DNA of 52,228 bases, taken from positions 1 through 52,228 of the forward strand of contig JAWLBL010000040.1 of assembly GCA_041687695.1 (NCBI GenBank), in the 5' to 3' direction. The first letter of the stretch is position 1. Every line of letters begins with the position of its first letter. Shown piece by piece: positions 42,222 to 52,228 of the stretch. This DNA is from Myxococcota bacterium. GTDB taxonomy: Bacteria; Myxococcota_A; UBA9042; PHBI01; JAWLBL01. The position numbers and the translations under genes are program-made. The notes beneath the pieces were generated by a model, which searched no databases, was not told the DNA's origin, and saw only the letters and a program-made list of their open reading frames with translations.

Positions 42222-43385
42222 ATGAGCCAGCCCGCTTCCACCCCTGACCATCGGCCGCGACCTTCGCTGAAGGTGCGCGTGATGGTCGGCCTCTGTGCGA
42301 CCGTCGTGGCCCTGGCCCTGGCCGAGGCCGTGGCCGGGTGGGTGCGCGGAGGCGCCTACCCGTTCCTCAACGTGTTCGTGGCCGACCCGATCTACGGCGT
42401 CCGGCTGGAGCCCGACGCCTGCACGGCGACGCGCAGCCGGGAAGGCCGCGTCACCGAGGTCTGCACGAACGCGCAGGGGTTTCGGGGGCGCGACTGGACC
42501 GAGGCGCCGCTCCCGGTGCCCGTCCCAGGGCGCGTGCTCCTGCTCGGTGACTCGCAGATGCTCGGCTACGGCGTCGACGTCGAGGACGCGACCGCGGCGC
42601 GGCTCGAGCAGCGCCTGGGCGACGGGGCCGAGGTGTTGTCCGCGGCGGTGCCGACCTGGGGGCCGCCCGAGTACGCGGCGGCCGTCGCCGAGCTGGCGCC
42701 CGTCTACCGCCCCGAGGTGGTCGTCTTCGTGGCCAACCTGGCCAACGACTGGTTCGAGGTGCGCGTGCCCAACGCGCGCCGGACCACGGCCCTGGACGGC
42801 TGGGCCGCCCACGATCTGCCGGCGACGGCCGAGGCGACCTGGTTCCCGGGGCGGTCCTTCCTCTTCGGGCGCTCGCACCTGGTCTTCGCGGTGCGCGAGC
42901 TGTCGGCCCGCCGCCGTGGCCCGCCGCCGGCGCCCGCGGCCATGGCCCAGCGCCTGAGCCGTGAGGTCGCCACGCTCCTACGCCCGGAGGGGCCGCACCG
43001 TTCGCGGGTCACGCCGCAGGTGCTCGCGGCAGTCGAGGCCTGCCGTCCGCTGGGCTGTCGGGTGGTGGTCGCGACCTTGCCGCTCGACGTCCAGGTGCAC
43101 GCCGCCGAGTGGGCCAAATACGACGGCGAGCCGATCGACATGACCGGGACCACGCGGCTCGCGGCCGGGCTGCTGACCGACGCCCTGCGCCACGACCTGC
43201 CCGCCATCGACCTGCTCCCGGCCCTGCACGCGGCCTCGCCGGGCGCCTTCCTGCCGGACGACTACCACCTCTCGCCGGCCGGGCACGCCGCCGTGGCGCA
43301 GGCGCTCGCCCCCGTCGTGCGCGCCGCCGCCGGCCGCTCGGCCGTCGCCGTACCCGTCGCGACCCACTCCAGGAGCTCCCTGTGA
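42222..43385 (+). CDS. SGNH/GDSL hydrolase family protein, membrane-anchored
   Basis: N-terminal TM, NAQGFRG, LLGDSQMLGYG, AND, DYHLSPAGH. Confidence 0.85.
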   Translation: MSQPASTPDHRPRPSLKVRVMVGLCATVVALALAEAVAGWVRGGAYPFLNVFVADPIYGVRLEPDACTATRSREGRVTEVCTNAQGFRGRDWTEAPLPVPVPGRVLLLGDSQMLGYGVDVEDATAARLEQRLGDGAEVLSAAVPTWGPPEYAAAVAELAPVYRPEVVVFVANLANDWFEVRVPNARRTTALDGWAAHDLPATAEATWFPGRSFLFGRSHLVFAVRELSARRRGPPPAPAAMAQRLSREVATLLRPEGPHRSRVTPQVLAAVEACRPLGCRVVVATLPLDVQVHAAEWAKYDGEPIDMTGTTRLAAGLLTDALRHDLPAIDLLPALHAASPGAFLPDDYHLSPAGHAAVAQALAPVVRAAAGRSAVAVPVATHSRSSL

Positions 43386-44128
43386 TCGCCACCACCCAAC
43401 GCGCCCCCCTCGTGCTCCGCGTCGCCGCCCCGCTGGCGTGGCGCGGCGATCGCCGCATCGCCGACAAGCTGATGGGCTTCTCGGCGACCGAGCTGGGCAG
43501 CGCCCTGGACATGCTCCGCGCCGCCGAGCTGACGACCGACCCGGACCTCCGGCGCCTGTTCATGAAGCACGCCCTGGACGAGGCCCGGCACGCGCAGCAG
43601 TTCCGCGACGCGGCCAAGCAGCTGCTCGGGCGCGATCCCGAGGTGCGCCCCTGGGAGCGGCACCACGCGCTGCGCCAGGACCTGTTCGAGCGCTGGGGCG
43701 TCACCCGGTTCGTCGCCTTCGTCTGGATCAGCGAGGCCAAGGCGTCGCGGCAGTTCGAGGTGCTCTGCGGGCACTTCTCGGGGCGGCCCGAGCTGCAGGA
43801 CCTGTTCGCGCGGGTCGGCCGCGACGAGCGCTACCACGTCGCCTACTCCAAGCACCTGTTGGACATGTGGCGCGCCGAGGGGCGCGGCGCCGAGGTCGAT
43901 CGCGCGCTGCGCGAGATCCGGTTGTCGCTGGCGTGGATGGCCTGGCGTCGCGCCGGCCGCCGGATCGGCGAGCTGATGACCCTCGGCCTCATGGCCGCCC
44001 TCTATGTCGCGGTGGTGCCCGTGTTCGCGCTGCTCCAGCGCGCCCTGGAGCGCCCCCAGCACGGTTGGCGAGCGCCCCGCCGCGAGCTGACCACGACGAC
44101 GCTCGACGACGCCCGCCGCCCCTTCTGA
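43382..44128 (+). CDS. Ferritin-like diiron domain fused to an SxtJ-like C-terminal membrane segment
   Basis: GTGA overlap; ATE...DEARH...SE...DERYH ligand pattern; tail WMAWRRAGRRIGELMTLGLMAALYVAVVPVFALL. Confidence 0.75.
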   Translation: MIATTQRAPLVLRVAAPLAWRGDRRIADKLMGFSATELGSALDMLRAAELTTDPDLRRLFMKHALDEARHAQQFRDAAKQLLGRDPEVRPWERHHALRQDLFERWGVTRFVAFVWISEAKASRQFEVLCGHFSGRPELQDLFARVGRDERYHVAYSKHLLDMWRAEGRGAEVDRALREIRLSLAWMAWRRAGRRIGELMTLGLMAALYVAVVPVFALLQRALERPQHGWRAPRRELTTTTLDDARRPF

Positions 44129-44160
44129 ACCGCCCTCCAGCCGCCCGGGAGACCCCAGCC

Positions 44161-45921
<1,761 letters not shown>

Positions 45922-45957
45922 ACTTCGCTGCAACGCAACATAGAACCGGAGCCCCCC

Positions 45958-46119
45958 ATGCAACGCGTCAGGACCCTCTTGCAGCTCACCCAGCTCCTCG
46001 GCCGCACCGGCCGCTGGTGGCTCATCCCGATGGTCGCGGTCTTCCTGCTCACCGCGGGCCTGCTCGTCCTCGTGCAGGTCGTCGAGTACGCCGCGCCCTT
46101 CGTCTACACGATCTTCTGA
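45958..46119 (+). CDS. DUF5989 / SxtK-like small membrane protein (missing from the ORF track)
   Basis: MQRVRTLLQLTQLLGRTGRWWLIPMVAVFLLTAGLLVLVQVVEYAAPFVYTIF; WWL.P and terminal APF.YT.F signature next to a carbamoyltransferase. Confidence 0.88.
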   Translation: MQRVRTLLQLTQLLGRTGRWWLIPMVAVFLLTAGLLVLVQVVEYAAPFVYTIF

Positions 46120-46216
46120 GCGTCCAGCTCGCCCGGCCGCGGCGCTCGCGCTCCGCCCGCTCACCGTCGCTGTCTCTGCCCGTTCGCCTCACCTCTCGAC
46201 CCCAAAGGGATCCCTC

Positions 46217-47548
46217 ATGCGCTCGCTCTCGCTCCGCGCCGTCGCCCTGCTGGCCGCCGCGCCCCTGTTCACAGCCTGCCTCGACGCGGGCCCCGGTGGC
46301 TCGGGCACGGCCCAGCCGCTCCCGGACGCCACCGACACCTCGACCAGCGCGCCCGACGCCGACGCCGGCAAGGACGTGGCGGAGCCCGACGCCGCCACGT
46401 CCGACGCCGCTGGCGACGCGCCGACCCCCGCCTGTCACGCCATCGGCGAGGGCTGCGACGATGGCGGCGCGTGCTGCCAGGGCTTCTGCTCGTCGACCCT
46501 TCAGGTCTACGCGCCGGGCGTCTGCACCGCGCCCCAGCCCGACGGCGCCTTCTGCACCGAGGGCGCCCAGTGCGCCTCGGGCGCCTGCACCGACTCCATC
46601 TGCGGCGCCGCCCCGGTCTGTACGCCGACCGGCGCCGAGTGCTGGGACGACGACGCGTGCTGCACGGGCATCTGCACCTTCGACCCCAACCAGAACGACG
46701 TCGGCGCCTGCGTCGTCTCGAGCCCCCAGTGCCAGGCCCTCGGTGCGGCCTGCGTCCTGGGCGCCGAGTGCTGCAGCGGCGCGTGCTCGGGGCAGGGTGG
46801 GGCGACCGGAGCCTGCGTCGAGGCCGGCCCCAGCTGCGACGATCAGCCCGCCGAGTGCTGGTCGTCGACCGAGTGCTGCGCAGGGACCTTCTGCTCGTAC
46901 ACGGGCTTCGACTACACGCCGGGGCAGTGCATGCCGCGCCTCCCCGACGGCGCCTGGTGCGCCAGCGCGCAGTGGTGCGCGAGCGGCCACTGCGTCGACG
47001 CCCAGTGCGTCCCGGCCCAGTGCGGCGCGGCCGGAGACGACTGCTACTGGGGCGGTGACTGCTGCACGGGCCTGTGCTCGAACAGCGGGCAAGCCTACGT
47101 GCCCGGAAAGTGCTTCGAGCCGCTGAGTGAAGGCGCCACGTGCGAGGCCGACGCCTGGTGCGCGACCGGCCACTGCGCCGACGGCCTGTGCGCCAAGCCG
47201 GCCCAGCCGGCCACGTTCCAGCGCGTTTGGGACGAGGTGCTGGTCCCCAAGGGCTGCACCAGCGGCTACTGCCACGGCGCGCCCGGCGGCGGGCTCGATC
47301 TGAGCAGCGAGGACATGGCCTACTGGAGCCTGACCGGCCCGCCCGCCGGCACCCCGGCCTGCGGCGCCTTCCTGCGCGTCGTGCCGGGGCACCCGGACCA
47401 CAGCGTCCTGTGGCTGCGGGTCCGCCCGATGGCCCTCGAGCCCAGCGGCGAGGCCTGCCTGCCCAAGATGCCGCACGGCTCCCAGGGCCTCGACGGCGCC
47501 ACGGCCGCGCTGGTCGAGGACTGGATCCTGCAAGGCGCGCTCCCCTGA
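46217..47548 (+). CDS. Cysteine-rich repeat lipoprotein with C-terminal cytochrome c-like domain
   Basis: Lipobox FTAC; repeated G..C....CC.G.C modules; C-terminal GCTSGYCHG, RVVPGHPDHS.L, KMP, WILQGA. Confidence 0.8.
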   Translation: MRSLSLRAVALLAAAPLFTACLDAGPGGSGTAQPLPDATDTSTSAPDADAGKDVAEPDAATSDAAGDAPTPACHAIGEGCDDGGACCQGFCSSTLQVYAPGVCTAPQPDGAFCTEGAQCASGACTDSICGAAPVCTPTGAECWDDDACCTGICTFDPNQNDVGACVVSSPQCQALGAACVLGAECCSGACSGQGGATGACVEAGPSCDDQPAECWSSTECCAGTFCSYTGFDYTPGQCMPRLPDGAWCASAQWCASGHCVDAQCVPAQCGAAGDDCYWGGDCCTGLCSNSGQAYVPGKCFEPLSEGATCEADAWCATGHCADGLCAKPAQPATFQRVWDEVLVPKGCTSGYCHGAPGGGLDLSSEDMAYWSLTGPPAGTPACGAFLRVVPGHPDHSVLWLRVRPMALEPSGEACLPKMPHGSQGLDGATAALVEDWILQGALP

Positions 47549-48204
47549 TGAGGCCGCCCCCCTGGCCAAGGCTGTCGCGCCGGGCGTTCCTCCGCGGTCT
47601 CGCGGCGGCGCCCGGCGCGCTCCTGCTCGCCTGCGACGCCGAGCCGGGGGCTCCGCTCGACCCCTCGCCGGCGCCTTCCCGCGCGCGCGCCGCGCTCCCG
47701 GCCCCGACGGTCACTTGTGACCCGACGACCCCCGACCTGCTCGGCCCGTACTACCGCAGCGGCGCCCCCGCGGTGACCCGCCTCGCCGCCGCCAGCGACG
47801 CCGGCGATCCCTTCCGGCTCGTCGTCGACGTCCGCGACGCGAGCTGCCGCAAGCCGCCGCCCGGCGCCCTCCTCGAGCTCTGGCAGGCCGACGCCGACGG
47901 CGTCTATCACCCCGACCGCCTCCGCGCCCGCCTCCCGGTCCCCGAGGACGGCCGCCTCGTCTTCGACACCATCGTCCCGGGCCGCTACCTGCAGGCCTCC
48001 GGTTGGCGCCCGGCGCACCTCCACCTGCGCCTCACCCCGCCCGACGCCCCGCCCCTGGTCACGCAGCTCTACTTCGCGGGCGACCCCTACCTCGCCGCGG
48101 CCGACTCCTGCGGCGAGTGCGACTCCGCCGACCCCACCCGCCACCTCGAGCTCCGCCTCGACCGCGGCGGCCAGGCCTACGCCCACGTCCGCCTGGTCGT
48201 CTGA
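47548..48204 (+). CDS. Tat-exported intradiol ring-cleavage dioxygenase-like protein
   Basis: SRRAFL Tat motif, LLAC, GPYY, ELWQADADGVY, TIVPGRY, RPAHLH, TQLYF. Confidence 0.85.
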   Translation: MRPPPWPRLSRRAFLRGLAAAPGALLLACDAEPGAPLDPSPAPSRARAALPAPTVTCDPTTPDLLGPYYRSGAPAVTRLAAASDAGDPFRLVVDVRDASCRKPPPGALLELWQADADGVYHPDRLRARLPVPEDGRLVFDTIVPGRYLQASGWRPAHLHLRLTPPDAPPLVTQLYFAGDPYLAAADSCGECDSADPTRHLELRLDRGGQAYAHVRLVV

Positions 48205-48222
48205 CGCCCTCCGCGCGCCCCC

Positions 48223-49104
48223 TCAGCCCTCGCCGCCCGGATCAAGCTGGTCCAGCGCCTCGGCCAGCACGTCCCGCAGCGCCACCGCGCTCGCCGTCAC
48301 GCGCTCGCCCCCGTCGCCCGGCAGCCCCTCGAACTGGTAGCGCCCGTCCACCAGCTCCAGCTTGAACGCCGAGAACCGCTCCTCGACCGCCACCAGCGCC
48401 TTGGCCACCGTCGGCCTGACCGGGCGCGCCGCCTCGCGCATCCGCCGCGCCTCGGCGACCACGGCCTCCTCGCCGCGCGTGACGAGCTCGCGCTGCGCCG
48501 GCTGCTCGAGCTGCGCCACCTCCTCGGCCGCCCGCATCGGCACCCGCCCGCGCTCGACCGCCGTCACCAGCTCGGGCACCGCCGTGTCCATCAGCGCCCG
48601 CCCGCGCGCCACCGCCCGCGTCGACACCCGCACCAGCGCCGCCGTGTCCTGACGCACCTTGCGCCGCTCGGCCCGCGGCAGCGGCGGCGTCTCGTCCGCG
48701 CCGCTCACCTCGAGCGGCGCCTCCACCCCGCTCGCGGCCGCGGCGGCCGCCGCCTCGGCCAGCATCCGCGCCTGCGCCTGCGCCTCCAGCATCGCCTCGG
48801 CCCGCGCCGCCACGATGGCCTTCTGCCCCTCCGTCAGCTGCCGCCGGTGGAAGTTCAGCGACAGCACCCAGCGCACCGGATCCGGCCCCTGCCACTCGAC
48901 GACCTTCGGCGGGACCCCCGCCGCCAGACACGCCCGCAGCCGGTGCCGCCCGTCCAGCACCTTGCCCTCGAACAGCACGATCGGCTGCTGCTGCCCGTGC
49001 CGCCGGATGTCCTCGACCATCCCGGCCAGCTCCTCGTCCGGCAGCGACGGCAGCAGGCTGCACGCCTCGTGGACCTCGTACCCGCCCAGCTCGCTCGCTT
49101 CCAT
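48223..49104 (-). CDS. ParB/Srx N-terminal domain protein
   Basis: HEACSLLP, DIRRHGQQQPI, VLDGRHR.RAC, SLNFHRRQLT, HTH-like region. Confidence 0.8.
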   Translation of the reverse strand: MEASELGGYEVHEACSLLPSLPDEELAGMVEDIRRHGQQQPIVLFEGKVLDGRHRLRACLAAGVPPKVVEWQGPDPVRWVLSLNFHRRQLTEGQKAIVAARAEAMLEAQAQARMLAEAAAAAAASGVEAPLEVSGADETPPLPRAERRKVRQDTAALVRVSTRAVARGRALMDTAVPELVTAVERGRVPMRAAEEVAQLEQPAQRELVTRGEEAVVAEARRMREAARPVRPTVAKALVAVEERFSAFKLELVDGRYQFEGLPGDGGERVTASAVALRDVLAEALDQLDPGGEG

Positions 49105-49274
49105 TCGCCCGCGCTCCTCGTCGCCTCCGTCGCGGAGGGGCGCCCCCTATACCACAGCCCACCGACCGCACGGATCCCCCACCGTGCGCGCTCCCGCACC
49201 ATGCGCTGTGCGTTTTCCATCGCGCCGCGCTGCACCATGATCTCGATCACGGAGCGGCGCCGCCCCCGCACCCG

Positions 49275-49291
49275 CTGGCACGCCTCTTGCG
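49275..49291 (+). promoter_or_regulatory. sigma54 promoter for the kinase operon
   Basis: CTGGCAC-GCCTC-TTGCG, about 40 nt upstream of the kinase start. Confidence 0.75.
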
Positions 49292-49329
49292 TTGCACGGC
49301 ATCGAAGACGTTCAGTGAGAGGCCACCCT

Positions 49330-50592
49330 TTGTCGCGCCCGACCCCAGCCAGTGAACCGCCGGTCTCCGATCGGCTCGCCCCAGGCACCCTGCTCCAGCA
49401 GCGCTACGAGATCGTCCGCCCCATCGGATCCGGCGGCATGGGCGACGTCTACGAGGCGATCCACCTGCTGCTCCGCAAGCGCGTCGCCATCAAGGTGCTC
49501 CACGATCAGTGGGCGCGCGACCGCCAGGTCGTCGCCCGCTTCGTCGGCGAGGCCCGCGCCGCGACCCTCATCGGCCACCCCCACATCGTCGCGGTCACCG
49601 ACTTCGGGACCACCGACGACGGCCGCCCCTTCTCGGTCATGGAGCACCTCGACGGCCTCGGCCTCGACCAGCACCTGCGCGCCTCGGGCCCGATGGCCTG
49701 GCCCCACGCGCGCGCGCTCGCGCTGCAGGTCGCCTCCGCCCTCTCGGCCGCCCACGGCGAGGGCATCGTCCACCGCGACCTCAAGCCCTCCAACGTCGTC
49801 CTCACCCGGCGCCCCGAGGGCCTGGTCGCCAAGGTCGTCGACTTCGGCATCGCCAAGGTCGCCGCCAGCGCCCACCGCGCCCTCTCCGAGGACCTCGCCG
49901 GCCTGACCCGCCCCGGCACGATCTGCGGCACGCCCGAGTACATGGCCCCCGAGCAGGCCTACGGCGACGCCATCGACGCTCGCGCCGACGTCTACGCCCT
50001 CGGCGTCGTCCTCTTCGAGATGGTCACCGGCCGCCTGCCCTTCACCGGCCCCACCCCGATGGCCATCGTCGCGAGGCACCTCTCCGAGCCGCCGCCCGCG
50101 CCGCGCCTGCTGCGTCCCGACCTCTCCGAGCTGGCCGAAGCCGTCATCCTCCAGGCCCTCGCCAAGGAGCCCTCCCGCCGCTTCCAGAGCATGACCGCGC
50201 TCGCCGCCGCCCTGACCGCCTGCCCGGTCGACGCCGGGGACCACGCGCCGCTGCAGCCCGTCGCCGCCCGCCCCCTGTCCGCCCCGAGCCACACCCCCCT
50301 CCACGCGACCCCCGCCCCCTCCGTCCGCGGCGCCGCCTGCCTCGACCGCGACGCCCGCCCCTCGCGCCAGCGCGGCGACTTCTCCCCCTGGGACGGCGCC
50401 ATCGCCACCCGCGCCGTCCGCGCCGCCGCCGCCCTGGGCCATGCCCTCGACCTGGGCCCCGTCCACTCGATCGAGCTGCGCGGCGCGGGCGACCGCTGGC
50501 TGGGCTGCGTCCCTCGGCGCGGCGAGGTCCTGGCCGTCGTCGCGGCCCCCGGTGCCGACCTCGTCGCCGCCCTCGCCGCCGAGGAGGCCTGA
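49330..50592 (+). CDS. Hanks-type Ser/Thr protein kinase
   Basis: IGSGGMGDVY, VAIK, HRDLKPSN, DFG, GTPEYMAPE, DVYALG; TTG start with GAGAGG RBS (approximate). Confidence 0.95.
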   Translation: MSRPTPASEPPVSDRLAPGTLLQQRYEIVRPIGSGGMGDVYEAIHLLLRKRVAIKVLHDQWARDRQVVARFVGEARAATLIGHPHIVAVTDFGTTDDGRPFSVMEHLDGLGLDQHLRASGPMAWPHARALALQVASALSAAHGEGIVHRDLKPSNVVLTRRPEGLVAKVVDFGIAKVAASAHRALSEDLAGLTRPGTICGTPEYMAPEQAYGDAIDARADVYALGVVLFEMVTGRLPFTGPTPMAIVARHLSEPPPAPRLLRPDLSELAEAVILQALAKEPSRRFQSMTALAAALTACPVDAGDHAPLQPVAARPLSAPSHTPLHATPAPSVRGAACLDRDARPSRQRGDFSPWDGAIATRAVRAAAALGHALDLGPVHSIELRGAGDRWLGCVPRRGEVLAVVAAPGADLVAALAAEEA

Positions 50593-50593
50593 C

Positions 50594-51241
50594 ATGCTCG
50601 CCGGCGCCTCGGGCCCCATGCTCCCGCCCCTGACCCGCCTGTCGGCGCTCCCCGGCTGCCGCGGCGCCGCCCTGGTCGCCGATGGCCAGGTCCTGGGCGC
50701 ACGCTGGTCGCGCGCCGAGTCACCGGGCGCCCTCGAGCACGTCGGCGCCACCCTCGCGCGCCTGGGCGAGATGGCCGCCCGCGCCGGCTACCCGCGCGCC
50801 GACGTCGTCGCTCGCTTCGCCGCCGGGGTCCTCGTCTGCCACCCGGTGGGCGACGGCGCCTGGCTGGTGCTCCTGTGCGACGACGACGCCCCGCTCGCCG
50901 TGGTCGCCCTCGAAGCCACAGCCGAGGCCCCCGCCTTGGCTACCTTCGCCACCCCGCCGCCCACCGCTCCGCCCCCGACGCCCCCGCCCACCGGCCGCCA
51001 CGAGGCCGAGCGCGTCCTCGCCGACCGTCTCCCGGTCCTGCGCGATCTGCTGGTCCATCACGTCGGCCCCATGGGCCGCCTGCTGCTCGATCGCCACCTC
51101 GATGCCTGGTCCGCCCAAGGCCCGGCCACCGCCTCGCGACTGTCCGACCTCGCCACCCGCCTCGCCGCCGAGATCGACGACGCCGCCGATCGCGCCGCCT
51201 TCCACCGCCACCCCGTCTGGCACTCGAGCTGGAGACCCTGA
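50594..51241 (+). CDS. Roadblock/LC7 (MglB-like) domain protein with extra C-terminal helical domain
   Basis: LSALPGCRGAALVADGQV ... WLVLLC pattern; C-terminal VGPMGRLLL...LAAEI; coupled to the kinase stop. Confidence 0.6.
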   Translation: MLAGASGPMLPPLTRLSALPGCRGAALVADGQVLGARWSRAESPGALEHVGATLARLGEMAARAGYPRADVVARFAAGVLVCHPVGDGAWLVLLCDDDAPLAVVALEATAEAPALATFATPPPTAPPPTPPPTGRHEAERVLADRLPVLRDLLVHHVGPMGRLLLDRHLDAWSAQGPATASRLSDLATRLAAEIDDAADRAAFHRHPVWHSSWRP

Positions 51242-51243
51242 CC

Positions 51244-52119
51244 ATGCCGCCCTCGCACGCCGCCGCGCCCCAAGCCTCCACGACCCAGGCCGCCGCGCCC
51301 CACGCCCCGACGGCCCAGGCCGCCGCGTCACCCTCCGGCCTCGGCCGCCTGTCGCGCCTCAGCATCCACACCCAGCTCTTCCTGGTCGTGACCCCGCTGG
51401 TCGTCCTGGTCGTCACGCTCGCCGCCGGCATGCTCCACCTCACCCACACCCTGGCCACCGGCACCCGCCACGCCGACGTCGCCGGCCGCCAGCGCGCCCT
51501 CACGCACCGCATCGTCGCCGACGCCGCCCGCTACCACGCCACGCGCGCCCCCTCCGACATGGCGCGCCTCGCCAGCTCCGTGGCCCTGTTCGACCGGTCC
51601 CTCGCCGCGCTCCTCGAGGGCGGCCCCATCGACAGCGCCTCGGGCGACGACCTGCCGCCCATCGAGGACCGCGAGGCCCGCCGCGCCGCCATGCGCCAGC
51701 TCCAGCTGTGGGGCGGCGCCGCCCTCGCGGCCCAGCGCCTGCTCGCCTCGGGCGGGGCCGACGAGGCCGCCTCGCGCGACCTGGCCGCCGCCGAGACCGG
51801 CCTGTTCGACGCGGCCAACGAGGTCACCCACCGCCTGACCGTCGCGGCCGCCGATCGCGGCCGCCTGATGATGGGCATCCAGCTGGCCCTGCTGGTCTTC
51901 GCCGTCCTGGCCGCCGTCGCCGCGGCCCTGGTCGGCCGTCGCATCTCGCTGTCCATCGCGCGCCTGACCCAGGCCGCCGACGCGATGAGCCGCGGCCGCC
52001 TCGACGCCCCGGTCCCCACCGACGGCACCGGAGAGCTCGCCGTCCTCGGCAAGTCGCTCGACCGCATGCGCGTCAGCCTCGCCAAGGCGATGCGCCTGCT
52101 CGAGCAGCCCCGCGCTTGA
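51244..52119 (+). CDS. Membrane sensor with PilJ/NarX-like domain and HAMP, no output domain
   Basis: TM1, DVAGRQRAL (P-box-like), TM2, HAMP (LTQAADAMSRGRLD...GELAVLGKSLDRMRVSL), then stop. Confidence 0.8.
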   Translation: MPPSHAAAPQASTTQAAAPHAPTAQAAASPSGLGRLSRLSIHTQLFLVVTPLVVLVVTLAAGMLHLTHTLATGTRHADVAGRQRALTHRIVADAARYHATRAPSDMARLASSVALFDRSLAALLEGGPIDSASGDDLPPIEDREARRAAMRQLQLWGGAALAAQRLLASGGADEAASRDLAAAETGLFDAANEVTHRLTVAAADRGRLMMGIQLALLVFAVLAAVAAALVGRRISLSIARLTQAADAMSRGRLDAPVPTDGTGELAVLGKSLDRMRVSLAKAMRLLEQPRA

Positions 52120-52228
52120 CCGCGCCTGACCGCGCTAGGAGCCTGTAGGGAATTGCACCGAGGCGCTCGGCTTGTGGGGCCGCCCGGCTAGCGAAGCGAG
52201 GCGTCAGCCGTGCTCGTGTGGCCCAGTA

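Overview
High-GC bacterial chromosomal DNA, most likely Myxococcota (CGDG..GEACDDGN cysteine-rich repeat, Ser/Thr kinase-sigma54 activator fusion, many lipoproteins, four sigma54 promoters). About 13-52 kb is mostly ordinary metabolic and signalling content: osmC, an acyl-CoA dehydrogenase/PhnD-like/ferritin-like operon, a DUF222-HNH gene, GGDEF, GH15, TraB, MtfA, S41 protease, YeeE/rhodanese genes, a NodU-type carbamoyltransferase cluster and a kinase-roadblock-HAMP operon. The most striking part is the accessory zone at 1-13 kb, with an outlier at 20.7-21 kb. A RAYT-type HUH/Y1 transposase with a DnaA-C-like HTH ends in stuttered repeats. The same GGGGTCA/GGTGTCA-type repeats recur as long hairpins that separate short, co-oriented, more A/T-rich genes resembling orphan toxin-immunity genes. 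One cargo starts precisely at the repeat boundary with what looks like the clipped tail of a polymorphic toxin gene. I interpret this as a candidate integron-like, RAYT/REP-driven immunity-gene capture array. Also present: a 44-bp-phased TGGTCGACCA palindrome array in front of an uncharacterised helical protein, an orphan AbiEi antitoxin and an internally deleted second osmC copy. Family names come from motif recognition only; no database searches were run.
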